The translations under genes and the position numbers were made by a program. This document shows, in pieces, positions 1-12,720 of a DNA stretch of 64,000 bases; position 1 is the stretch's first letter, and the number at the start of each line of letters is the position of its first letter. This stretch comes from Catajapyx aquilonaris. Its lineage: Eukaryota. The notes beneath the pieces were generated by a model. That model made no database searches, was not told the DNA's origin, and was given only the letters and a program-made list of their open reading frames with translations. The stretch is from contig KZ538078.1 of the NCBI GenBank assembly GCA_000934665.2, forward strand, positions 1 to 64,000, given 5' to 3'.

Positions 1-93
1 CCCAGACATATGACTCCTATACTTAAATCGATCCTCTGGTGGCTAGGAAGGCAGTCATATACGTCGGGGCACTGAGTTCAGATACACCCTGTA
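1..93. mobile_element. Right part of a small foldback MITE with a Tc1/mariner-type CAGGGTG terminus (truncated by the window edge)
   Basis: cccagacatatgact (1-15) is an imperfect inverted repeat of agtcatatacgtcggg (53-68). The element ends in ...gatacaccctg-TA (reverse complement TA-CAGGGTG). Confidence 0.55.
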
Positions 94-107
94 TATTTTT
101 CTTTTGA

Positions 108-175
108 AAGGTATAGTGGTTATGTACTACTGGCCAGTCAAGCAGGAGTGGTCCGGGGTTCAATCCTGTCCGAAT
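108..175 (+). pseudogene. Degenerate tRNA-Asp(GTC)-like sequence (pseudo-tRNA or old SINE head)
   Basis: gtatagtggtta (A-box-like), then gccagtcaagcaggag, then ccggggttcaatcc (B-box-like). This follows the metazoan tRNA-Asp pattern GTATAGTGGTTAG..GCCTGTCACGCGGGAGACCGGGGTTCAATTCC, but with indels and no acceptor stem. Confidence 0.6.
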
Positions 176-2056
176 TTCAGCAAAAAAGAAACCCGGAAAT
201 AAATATAGCTGACGAGAAGTTACTGATCATTCGCAGTATCGCAACAATATTCTGTCATTTTCGAACAATTTTCTGGAAAATATTTGCAGGCATACTTTGA
301 TGTTCCTTTAACAAACCTACCTCTACTGATCCCCGATTTTCTAGTATAGCTGGCCCAGCATCCCCAAAAGTTGGAAATACTATCGGTCCGGCGACGTGAA
401 CTTTAGGAGGAAATGGTCAGTTGGCGATCGCTTAGTACACCTGTGTGCACCCATATCCGGCACAAAGGCCGTACTGGGCACTTGGAGTTCCCCCTCCATT
501 CCCTTCCTCCTCCCCCCACCTCTCTTTTGCAGGGTTTGATTTAATTACCGGGGATCAAATGGGGGATGGCCGAAGTGGGTCGAATGCCCACCGGAGTCCC
601 GCCAAAATTTACATAAAAGGCAGGTGGAAGAGCGGCAAGCATAATTGATTGCTGGTGGGAACCTGGCTCCACCTGCAGCCTCCTTCGTCCAACTGCTCCC
701 TCCACCCACCCACCTATTCTCCAGGTCAATCCAAATGTCCATGTCAATTTGGAGCGCACCGGCCGCCGACCTGCATCGCTGCACCCATTTGTTTTCCTGC
801 CCGGCTCGCATTTTCCGACCCGTTTCCTGAACGAACTTCTTTTCATCCTCGCTTAATTAACCGCCTGGCCTCACATCTTCATCAACGGCAGGGGGAAAAT
901 AGAGCGGTTTTTTTCGGACCCTAGAGCCATTTGTCTTGCCTGCTTGCTTAAAGCCCACTTTTCAAATGTAATTAGCATAAAATCATCCGGTTGTGCTGCA
1001 TGCGAATCCTGACGCGGTCGACTATTGGGCATTGAATTTGCCTCCTGCTGGTGAGTATGGGCTGTGATGAACTTGATTACTGCACAAGTTGGTCGCTGAA
1101 GAGGCTCAACAATAGGTGGAATTACGGTTGTCTAATCCACGTTTCCATTTTTTATTTCACACCCATTAAACGTAGGGTATGTTGTTTTTACACTTGATGA
1201 AGTAGAATTCGCAACAAATTATACGGTATATTTCATAATATTCTGTGTGAAATAGACTAGCAAATGCAAGAAAATCTGCAGAGTTGAATTTTAGGATGAT
1301 GACTGACACCAATCATAACATACTGTAGATACAAACAGCACCGTTTAGTCAGGCGCCGCTAGAAATGTGTTGTTTGCATATGGGTACTGTATGCAGCGCA
1401 CTGTGAACATAAATGTCTGTGGCGGTATCCAGCACATTGTGCGGCAAAGGGCCCCAAACGGCAGTAAAAACTAATACTTCACTGTACACGGAGCCCACAG
1501 TGGGCATTTTTTTCAAAGTCCGAATTATCTGAATATTTTTGGCATAAATATTTTAAATTGTGGTCCAGTCTGAGAGCAGACAAATGTACGCATGGACGAC
1601 CATAGTTTCGCCGCTTGGATTTTTTAAAATGCTCCTGATCACGTTTGCACATGAATTCCGAATTTGGTAGTCCACCATGCTAGTTCAAAAGTCACATTTG
1701 GGGTAGATAGCACAGTAGTATCATCACCAATTTTGCATTATTATACAGTTTATGCAAACTGGCTCATAGGAATGGAAACTAAGACCCGGTTCTATGAGAG
1801 CATATTAAAGAAAATCTCTTTACAACCAACCATAAGATGCACTGATAGTACAGCGTCATAGAATCTTAGTAGCCATAATCCAGTCGAGATAGAACCGGTT
1901 CGAGGTGCAAACGACTAACCGCAACGCAGTCGAGCCCAACCCACCTTGAAAGAGCTAGGAAGAAAGAATCCTTTCGAAGGGCGCCGAAGCTGCGCACGGT
2001 TACCTCTCCAAAGAGCTCGCCACAACCCCCAATTACCTTAATTGCAATATGGCTTT

Positions 2057-2125
2057 GGGGAAGAAGGAAGGAATGAAAAGAGGGAGGAAGGAAGGAAGGA
2101 AGGAAGAGAAGGAAGAGAAGGAAAG
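2057..2125 (+). repeat. Polypurine (GGAA)n/(GAGAAGGAA)n microsatellite
   Basis: Near-pure purine run with tandem GGAA units. Confidence 0.9.
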
Positions 2126-5100
2126 TGGGAGCTGAGGTAGTGCTCACCAAGCAACCACACGCCTCTATCCAAGCTCTTTGGAGCCCTTTGCGTGACCGGA
2201 CCCCTAACACACACCCGTAACTCTTTGTTTGTGTCCACCTAAATTACCAATCCTTGCGGGGAACTCGATGGGATGAGCAGATAGCTGGAACGCGGGTACG
2301 TTGCCAAACCTTACAGAATGAGGTTACCCTTCTACTCGCATTAGGCCACATTTTTGTCTGGAATGGTTCCTGTAAGCCTCTCGCTTGCTTGGAAACAAAG
2401 GGACATGGAAATGCGGCTGGGAAGCTCAAGCCAGGATGCTAATCGTTGGAGGTCCAGGCCAAACTACGGATTCGAGTTGCATTCTAGCTGGTTGGTGAAG
2501 GTCAGGGGTAATGTACTCGATGACCGGACAGAATATGGTGTAGCTCATCTTTTGTTAAAAGGCAGTTCCGGAGTGGGTAGCATTCAGATAAGGCGGTTGG
2601 TGGGAGCTGCCTTTTAACACAATATGACCTATACACGTCAACATTACTATACAGCGTTAGTATCACAACACTGCTATGCACTTAATATTTGGCAAACATA
2701 ATAATTGCACTCCAGTAGTTCAAAGGAATGTGCAATATATTACAATGTACCGCTTCAAACACTAGCAACTCGTTAGGTATATAAATTACTCCCCAATTAC
2801 ACTAATACATGTAATATTAATATTGTACTGTATAATAATTTTATCAAGAGCACCGAAGGCTCTCCCAAAAGGCAAAACTTGCGGCCACATCTCCATATAA
2901 AGCTTCACTCGAAATAGAAATCCAGGCTTTTATCTCGTTTTAACGTCACCGCACGTAAAACTAACATGATTATATCCGAGGCGAATGCACAGTATACGTC
3001 CTTTGCGAAAAAAGAACTACCAACAAAAAAAAATACTTGTTTAATCCATCCTGCGCGTATTTTACCTATACGAACTTTTTTTAGCAACATGAGATGCCAG
3101 ATATGTGAAAACCTACTCTTTGAATCTCGTTTGCTACTCGAATATTACTAGCCATGCTATGGCATGGTAGTTAACGAATCAAATTAGGATCTTTCTCATC
3201 ATACTCCGCTTTACAGTATCTGAACTGCCTCTAGGCATGGACTCTATAACTAGCAAATGGGGTCTTTGCCTGAAGGTGCTTTACCATTTTACATTGTAAT
3301 GTCACCCGCTATCCCAGATCTTGAAGCTTTATCACCATGTAAGCTGATATGAACGTGTCACTTCTCTGCTTCTGCCCACAGAAATAATGTGCTGAACACT
3401 CTTAATGAAGGCCAGTCACGCGAACTTTCATGCTGCAAAACCGCACTGGTTTTACGTTTCATCCAACACAAGATGCTGCAGCGTCTGCGAAGAAACTTGG
3501 CCCCAAAAAAGGGGGGGATGGAAGAAAGAAAATCGGCCCAAGTCTGAGGAGAAGGTGATCTGTATTCGGGAAGCCTGTGGAGCAAACAGGGAGGGAGGAA
3601 GCGCAGACTGAATGCAAGGGCTCCCATTTCCGGGGACCACCATTTAATTACCTCTAATCGGGCCCGCCGCTGTCTCCTCCCCACCATGGATGTAGTTGGC
3701 CTCTGGAATCTAGTGTAAGGGGGGCGTCCCTCCGGTAAGGAACATTCACTCCACAGCTTTCAAGACGGAGGCCTCTCGACGATACACCTAGTCTGGATCT
3801 GCTGCTCTCCCGAGAGATATTATTTCATTAAAAGTGCCGTCAGAGGGTGCTCTCTGGCGACTACCAATGAGTCCGCAAGAGGGCGGCCTCCTGAGAATGT
3901 CTCGGGGACCCAAGTTTATCCCCTGCAAATAATTATTGCACGCTCTCACACATTCCCAGCCTGGAGTGCTCGTTAGCATGCGACTGGTCTTCAATTGTCT
4001 ATTTGCGCCCACACGCACTCCAAACCTGCTGTGATGGAAATCCACCATACTCTACCGTTCTTGTGCCATACCACTTCACCAGAGAACCTGGCTGGATCAG
4101 ATTAAGCCAACTTTGTTCCGAGTGTCAACCTAGCAAATTGGTGCCCACTTCTTCATCACGTGAAATGGTGAAATGAAATTAACGGATGCTGGGTGATGTC
4201 AATAAAAAGTCGTACGCTGATTCGCAAAGGAGATGTTCGGCATGCTATGTAAGTTTGCTGCATTACACGTCCTCGCTCGAAAAAGGTAAACTCCGACGGG
4301 ACTACTTTTTTTTTTTTTTTTTTGCCTTTTTTTAGGGCGGGGGAAGACAGGGGTGGAGGTCCGGACGTCTTGCCAGCTGGCGATTAAAATTCGGCCCGAA
4401 TAGTGGCCCAGGCAACCATTACCCGCAGAAGGCACGGTACACACAATATGTACCACGCTTCCTCCCACACAAAATGGTTCCCTTCTTCCCCACAACCTCT
4501 AGTCTTGCCTCTTTAAAAATTCATGCATTGCAGATGAAGAAAGGATCGTTGTGCTCCCAGGGTATGCATTGAATTCCAATAACACCTGCCCTCACAGGCC
4601 GAAATAAATAATAGTTCAAATAAGACGCCGTAAAAGGGGCCAGAAATGGGGTTTATTACTGCACTTCATAAAGGCTCCGACTATAGTCCCGGCCACTTGG
4701 CAGTTAGCGAGCGGATTTAAGAAGCTGCTGACGTCGTATAATTTTCTCGGTTAGCTGGGCCCTGAGTGCGACATGGCTGGAAAATCGTTTGGGGAAAATT
4801 TGCCTATGGGGTATCGGCCAGGTTATACGATGATTGCAAGTCGGCCACGGAGTGGAGGAGAATTAATCAGTTTGCAGCTCGCTGCTACTAAGGGTCAGGA
4901 TGGGACAAGCAGCTTAGGGCTTGGACCTCTCATCCCAAACGCAATTTCCGCCTGTTCCGTTCTTCTTTATCCCTCATTTCCTGCCAGGCCATAAGGTCGA
5001 CCGACCCCTGAAGCTCCATACCAAAACAAGGCTTCGGTTGCCTTTTTTTAAAAGTACTGTAATTACAGTATATTTATCATGATTAATTAGAGCTACTCAC

Positions 5101-8100
5101 CAGTCAAATTTATAGGATTAATATAATGGGTTGGAATTACTGGCTGCTAAGGTTACTTGTGCAATTTCGTTGCTATGTTGCTTCACTTTGCTCAAGTTTC
5201 AGCTATGTGGAATCCGATTGTGCCCTGGCACAAATTCAATATGTTGAGGGCTGGCGGCAATGGGAGTTATTACTAAGCGCTCATTCCGTTATTACATGTA
5301 CTGTGCAGTATTCCGTCTCGTGACTGAAATTCCTGGCTGAAAGTGTCCGGCTCAAGTTATAAAGTGGGCCAATATGGAGAGTCCAGCTGTACATTTCACT
5401 TGCAGTGATTCCATGGGGCCGTCAAGTATCGTCCGAGTGAAGCCAATTCCCGACATCCGTCCGACGGTCCAACCCAAACTACATTTTCCAGCACAAAAAT
5501 GGGCAAGAGATGAAACTGCATAAGAAGCCCATGCGTTCTTCAGGCTCTGATACTTCTCTTCATTTTTATATATATATATATTTTTTCCCTTCCTCTTCCG
5601 TTGGTTTTTGAAGCTGAGTTGTGCGGAAAGGATGGGAGGGGACAGCAGTCGCCGACCGCTTGCAAATAGGTCCGGATTAGCCCGGACACAGTTGAGGAGA
5701 AGCACGCGTCCTGACAACTGGGGCCTGCAGGATTATGACCCTCATGCATTTCTGAAGCCTGCTTGTGTATTTCGCAGACCTCGCGTGCCGTATGTCCCCG
5801 GAGTTTTCCTACCCCCCAGCGCATGCCCTCTTCTCCTTTGCGGGAATTGCAAACCGAGAGCCTCTGGAATATAATGAGCTGGGGAGGAGATGGCGCATAT
5901 ACACACACACACCCAAAAAGAAGAAAGTCTGCAACTTTTCCCATGTAATAGTCATCAGGTCTCGCTATTTGCGCTGCTGGATATTCCGCCGGCTTACTTA
6001 AAAGGAGATTTGATGTAGTATGCCACCGACTCACCTAAAGGAGTCATGACTTATGGAATAGCTAGCGGCGCTTCTGCTGCCTTTCGTGCGCACCTTCCAA
6101 ACTGATGCAATTTCCCACGAGTCACCTCCTCCTTTTTCCCAATCACTCCCCCCAAAAAATGTACCCGCAAGTTTGTTAATCTCGTGGCTATTAAAAATTA
6201 ATAGGCCAATTAGTTTTGGGAGAGCTAGCCCCCAAAAACAAATTGAAACTCCCACCGGAGCTAGACCACAGCATAATCGTGCTCTTTAGCACCAATTTGG
6301 CGTTGGCCACCTCCATACTGTTCCTAACGTAAACCTGTCCTTCTTCCTAGCATACGCCCTAATAAGGTCATGTTGACGAAAAGCACTACCCAAGACTCTG
6401 CTGCTGTGTTTCAGAGTAGTCTGGCTGAAATTGGCCCGTTACCATTCCAGGGTCGTGCAAAGGCAGGCCTCATTATTCAAGAATTCTCTTCATTTTGCTC
6501 GGTACAAAGGCGCAGCGGGGAATTTCGATGCCGATTTGTCTTGTGGCAGGTTGGGGGAAGAGACGGGCCGAGGTGGATGCGCCACTTCGTCACTGTCCCT
6601 CTCCTACTACTCAAATTCTCTGGGTCACAATTGCTAGCTTGCTCCACGGGCATTTGCTTGCCTCCCTGCCTGTCCGCCTTGCCTGACTTGCCTGCCCACT
6701 ATACATTATTACGTCTTCTAATGAAAACGCAGTCGGTGCTGTTGCGTCCCCTGCAAACTTAACCAGTTTCCCTCGTCGTGTCCAAAACTGGACTGCTGCG
6801 CTACCACTTCGTAAATCACTACCTCTTCCGCTTCCTGGGACTTCTATTCATCCATATTTATGAACCCAATGTAGATGTGAAAATTCTGTTAACTAATTGG
6901 ATTAAATGTGCGACATCATTCGTACCCTGTCATATACTTGCATAAAAATGAACTGGTAAATCAATAGGTGTTTCGTCTATATCATTTAAAAATCAAGTAC
7001 AATGTATAGTTATTTGGGATGAAAATATTTGATCTATGTTCACAGGGCTCGTGTGAGGATATTTTAAATAAATAATCGGTCGGCTAAATGTAAACGCAAA
7101 AATATGACGCACAACCACCGTGCGAGCGTAGCACTATTCAATTCCCACTAATGTTGGCATGTTCATAGCAGAAAATTGTTATTCCACTGTGTTAAGCAAA
7201 CCTGGCCCTAGATTTTGACACGCTTCGGTCGACAACTGCAGATTGATAGTACGGTAGTCTCGTCTACCCTTTATGAATTGACCGTCGACGCCAATATTAG
7301 TTGAGGAAAATTGAGGTTAAAGGGGCCCTTTTCACGGCAAGTTTCCATTACCTCCTGTAGCCATGGGCCATGGAACAGCCACTGCGCAAGTTGCAAAGTA
7401 ATCCAAACAATGTCTGTGGAAGCCGAGGTGAATTCGAGCTTCATTCCATACTCGCTCCTTGTTTTAGCACGCAAATTATTAAAAGACTGGCAACATTTCA
7501 AGCCGATGGTTAAGCCTAGCAAGTGACGGAAAGACGCGTGTTCATTCTGCCAATACGCGTGTTGAAAATTAGTGTTTGCTTCTTGCAAGACTTAGATCCT
7601 ACTACGAATATCTAGATTACTCGCATCCGCTGAACAGCCCGCACACGAACGTAATGAATCCACAAAGTCATGTTTGCACTAAAGTAGCCACTCCTGAAAG
7701 GGAGCCAACGACCGCTGAGGTCTGCCCAACGAACTAGAATAAAACATCACGGTTGTACCTCCACAAAGGTAGTACCTGCCAGTACCTGCTCTGGCTAAGG
7801 TGATGATGGAAATATGCGTGAAAGCCGCTCATTTAATGAAATTGTTTGCCTGCCCTGCAGTCCTCGCCATTTCGACTTATTTCGACTGACGAAATAATTG
7901 AGGTCTCACAAAGGGGTTAACCTCACCCAGAAAACCCTGTAGCCTTCCCAAGTTGACAAAACGTCGTAGCATTGCAACAATGTACACACTATAATATTTT
8001 CATGTCAGACTTTGGACACGGTGAAAGTGTTCAGTGTTCCTGGAGCATTATGTGAATAATCACAGCCCTTATCTGACTCGCAGAATTGGGAAAATAAAGA

Positions 8101-11100
8101 AGTTCGTGGGTTGTGAAATACTGTGTTTACATAATGTGATGGGATTCGACACGGAACAAATTAGCACTTTTCCCCATCTCCAAAACCTGAATATGAATTA
8201 CAGTGTAATGAAAAGAAACGTACAATTTTTTTTCTAGTTGAGTGTTAGGTCACACATTTTCGGCAGGGAAATTACCAGTTACTATGCGCATATGCTCACA
8301 ACGGTACATGTGACCCATCCCAGAACCCTTCAGAGCAGAATGGCCTTCTGTCTGCTGTATTATCCACGTTCATGAATGATAACCAGCTGTCCTTTACATG
8401 CGGCCAAGCGGTTCCAGCAAGGAACACATGCTGCTGCATTACGTCCAATTGAGCTCTCCTTAACAAGTAAATACTGCAGAGCCCAAGTCATTTTCTGAGT
8501 CTGCAGGTGGAAAATCTGTGCTAGACTTTTACCTCCAGTGTCGTTGGCCTCCTCTCATTTCCTTGGGGGTTGGCCATCAAACCAGACTCAATTCCTACGA
8601 GAGTCTGGACCACAGAGCGGACCCCGCTTGTTTCCCCCCATTTGGCTCAAGCACGCTGTAGTGAGCTGTTCAGCTGGATTCAAAACCCTCAAATTGATCC
8701 AGTGAGACTATACGAAGCTGCACATTCTTGTTGCAAAGCCACTGATTCATTTAGTAAGCCTTACCAACTAGCTCTCGAACATGTTCGAGTTATGCTTGCC
8801 TTAGTGTAGGACCACTTGACGTATAAGAGGTAAAGAATTTTTTCACTTCGGGGTCAACTTGAGCTGGGAAACTTCAGATGCAGTTTAGTTCGAGTTTGCT
8901 CTTCCCAAAGGCTAAGTATATATAGGTACGCTAGCGATTTCCAGAGGCGCAAAGCCGAGCAGGTGCTAGGCAGATAATTTATGGAGCGTTATTCAAGAAC
9001 CATTTATAAGAGCAGACAAGAAGTTTTACTATCAATTAATCTCGCCGTTCGTGCAAATTCCCTTCTTCGGCCCACCGAACAGATGTAATTACAAAAGGCT
9101 TAACAAACGGCCGCAAGTTTGAACGTCTGGTCTACTTTGTTAACCCAGCATTTTTACCCCAAATTCACAGTGCAGAAATCACATCTGTTTGTCCGTGTGG
9201 GCATATAGCTTAGTTGTAGGCCGCAAATGTCCGGCACCGATCCCAATGGACGGCTCTTTACCCGTGCTGCCGCACCGCTGTTTGCAATCAATATCTGCCA
9301 AACGCCACCGGTTTTCTGAGGCTTAGATGGTGGGAGTGCAAAAAAAAAAATTATAAATGTCCCGTTACGGCCTTCACAAAAAAATTGAAAAAGGGGTGAC
9401 AAAATTAATTCTCCTTTTCGTCATATAGAGCCCCATAATATTTCTTACGCGGTTCCCCCCGTTTCCGTCGAGTTGCATGCTGAACGTTCGTAAATTTGGG
9501 AGGCAGCTGACAAAGATGTCGATACCACTTTGACTTGAGGAAAGTTAGGGCGCTCCGGAGCGACGTGCAGGATCATCACGTTCTATGCACCACAAAGCTT
9601 GAATGTTTTTTTTGGCCACCTTGTACCATTACGTTCGCACTCACGTAAGCCCTGTGCGGTATTCTGAATGTCACTGTGGGGTGGGAGGTTACACTGGGAA
9701 TTGAAAGTGCATTTAAAAAGTGGGTCTTTCGGACAAGTGCACTGTCGTTTTATGCATTAAACTGAATATGATTACGTACTTCGTAAATAACATTATACTT
9801 TGTAAATAACATTATGCACCTTTAAGTAGCCTATATACGTACTGTACATATATGCACACATTAAACACATGTTCATAGCTTTATTTTCCTACATGAATAT
9901 ATTCAACTGTATGCATTAAGTAACTTTCATGCATCCCTATTTTGACCACCAGCATCTATATAATGCATATTTTAATGAACTTTTTAGTGTGCTCATATAC
10001 ATAATTATGTGCGTGCACTAGGTACTGTATACATATAAGGGTCCAAGTGGTATACTAAAATTTAGTAATCAGTGAGAACAGGTGGTTTCAACGTGCTGTG
10101 GTCCTTTACGAGATATGCTGCCTGGCAAATATTTTGTCTTTTCCTTGGTCTTCCCATACAGCTCTCTAAACATATACCCTCACGTCTAGTGTACAAGCGA
10201 GGCTACAAGTAGACGGGTAAAGTAGGAAAAAATACTGTATATCAACGAAACTATACTCAACCATAATATTGAGACAGAAATGTTGAAATATTTCATACTC
10301 CTTTACAAATCGCTCATCTCTATAATTTCACAATATCAAAACTTACAACACGTAAGTTACCGTATTTGATTCAAACACTATAAAAATGTCACGTGCATCT
10401 GTGGTACTCAGGTGCTCATTAATATAAGGTATAGTCTCTACTTCAGTGCTGAACCACACCTTCAGCGACACTCCATGTCAGGGTTTTCTGTGTGATGACA
10501 TGATTCATGCTATAAACGTAAAGAGCGAATAGGTGTACCACCATTTAATGATTTTTTTTCATAGTGCTGTGATTGAAGGTTATTCGCAAGCCGCCAGTGC
10601 AATCCGTGTTCCAAATCGGTGGATATACTCTCTCTGTAAAACTACCCTGTGAAAAAAAGCTTTCATATTTGATCGCACCTCGCAGTGAAGCTTTGCTAGG
10701 CACAAACGGTGTGTCACTTGGTTACACGTGAACTATTCACCAGAGCGAATACATTATCGCTTGGAACCTATTCTGCATCATTCATAGACTGGAATGCTAC
10801 TGAGCAAACCTCTGCCAGAATTTTCTATGGCAGTAATGGAAAAGTAAAAAATAAAACAACTTCCCAGTGGTTTAGAGACCCAAAAATAACATAATAGACT
10901 ATACACTACATTATAGTTCAGCGCAATGTCAGTTCTTGAATGCTGTATTCTATCCACCAACATTAAAGGCACTGCTGTTAAACCTGCTGTAGCGGTAAGG
11001 AAACTCTGGCTTAAAAAACAGCGGAGGGTGGAAAATATCGCTTTGCAGATTTAGGTGCCCATGGCAAATTAAATTACATGTCAGCACAGACTCTGAGCTA

Positions 11101-12536
11101 GGCTTCAAAATTTATGAGGAAAATTTGCGTACACATGTCTGCAAGGGGTGTTTCAACATGACATCAATATGTATGCAATATACAGGGTAATACACCATAT
11201 ATAAACTAAAACAGTGAACGATCCTTTCAGCGCTGACGGCAAAGGCGGGTAATCTGAATGAAGATCTTGGAGAACAAGAGCTCTTTTCTTTGATAGCAGA
11301 CGGATAAATTCCGGACGCACGACGCAACTATATATACACCCAGAATATTCCGAGAATCCCTGATACAGCAAATGGAAACAATGGCTGGATATTGGGTTCA
11401 CAGTGCGATGGCTGAGGTGGAAATCACTTGGAAATGGAGTCGGCAGTAGGAAGAAATATAATTTCCAAGGCGGCATTGAAGGCGAAGCAGTCGTAGGCAC
11501 TGAAAGCGATGCAAATGAAGACCTCTTTTCTTCTCCAGCCAAGCAGTATCAAGGAAGGAGCAGATTTCTCCAGCCAAGGGAGCCCAACAATAATTATCCA
11601 ATCTCTGGAAATCCCCCATCCCCGGATTCTCACGTCAGTTTTTTTGTCCCTTGGATCATGACGCCATTTTTGCTTCTATACCTTCCCTCGAGAGAGTGGG
11701 GCCAGTCACCGATCCGTGGTTGTCTTTCATTAAACTAATTTCAGGCCGCTAACTATGGCCGAGGCGGGGGCCTTTCCTGGCTAAATTAGCGCCTGAGCAA
11801 CAAAGTTTAGATTCGGCGACGGCCCCGCTTGGGAACGATCGAAATATCCTTCCTGGTCCGGGAAGCTGCTACTGGAATGTCACATTTTTGCTAGTTTGTA
11901 CCCTTTCACAAATCCGTTCCCTTTGAAGCTTATAGAACCGAGAATTAGAGCGCACCATGTCCAAACGCGCTTTTCTTGCCTAAAGTTCCGAGCAAAAATG
12001 GTGGCTGCCTAATATGTGCTTTAGTGCCAAATTTGACGCTTTATCGCTGACTGCCTGCTCTCTTTTTGGCTCCTCCTCACTCGTCTCCAATTAGCTGTGT
12101 GGCTTCCAGCTTTTTCACCATTACCTCCATTCTCCCCCGCAAAATTCGGCCTGCTTTGCTAATTAAAGAGCTCGGTTTTGGGAAGCCGCCCGCATGAATT
12201 TTCTCTACAGGCCCCTGTGATTCATGGCCAAGTTTTTTTAACCGTGCAAAACTGACACGGGTAAATTGAAACTGCGGGGAGTTTGTCTTTTGAGCCAGTG
12301 ACCGGGCGCCATCGACACAAGAGCGAAACTCTAGCTGCCCTCCTGCCATGCCCTGCCATGCCCTGCCCAAGGAGGAACCAGATAATTTTCATAGTTGAAG
12401 CCGAGCTGGAAAAGAGGCAGGGTGTAATGCAGTTCCCATGTAGCTCGTTTAGGATGGAGCTAGTCGAGAGGGAATCGAGTTAAGGGAAATCGGAAGCCCA
12501 GCCTTTTGGTGCGGGTAAATACACTTGAACACGTAC

Positions 12537-12720
12537 CTCGGACGACAAACCGGACGGGTCGAGAGGTCAGCGCATCCTGTGTCTGGAAGTCTGAGGCTGT
12601 CACCTGGCACTCCCATTCGCCATCGTCGTAGTCCAAGTTGCTGTTGAATATTCGCAAGCTGCAGTCTCCCGCGTCTGGATTACCAGCCCATTCGTACTTC
12701 CCCGCGTAGATTCCCACTGG
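12537..12720 (-). CDS. Coding exon, second half of the same N-terminal Ig domain
   Basis: Acceptor atgatttcag| precedes 12720 (phase 0, matching the upstream exon) and donor G|gtacgt follows 12537 (phase 1, typical of Ig domain boundaries). The 184 nt translate to PVGIYAGKYEWAGNPDAGDCSLRIFNSNLDYDDGEWECQVTASDFQTQDALTSRPVRFVVR+G. This contains GDCSLxI (E strand), DDGEWEC (F strand) and a G strand. Confidence 0.95.

Noticed and set aside
1496..1638. CACAGTG (RSS heptamer) with a weak inverted partner near 1616-1638
   Set aside because: There is no nonamer at 12/23 spacing and the inverted repeat is too degenerate. A 7-mer is expected several times by chance.
5915..5966. Minus-strand CTGATGA...GAAA hammerhead-like core
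   Set aside because: Stem II is weak and stem I cannot pair. Other CTGANGA sites I checked also lacked the required stems.
12460..12536. C-terminal part of the 85-aa ORF (GTCSSVF...)
   Set aside because: It lies past the G|gtacgt donor and is intronic.
1..12536. Next Ig exon of the gene
   Set aside because: I scanned by eye for a phase-1 acceptor followed by xPP/VAP and for a GNPP...W motif on the minus strand and found none convincing. An LPPKF frame near 9500 is in the wrong phase. The exon is probably outside the window, though a manual scan can miss it.
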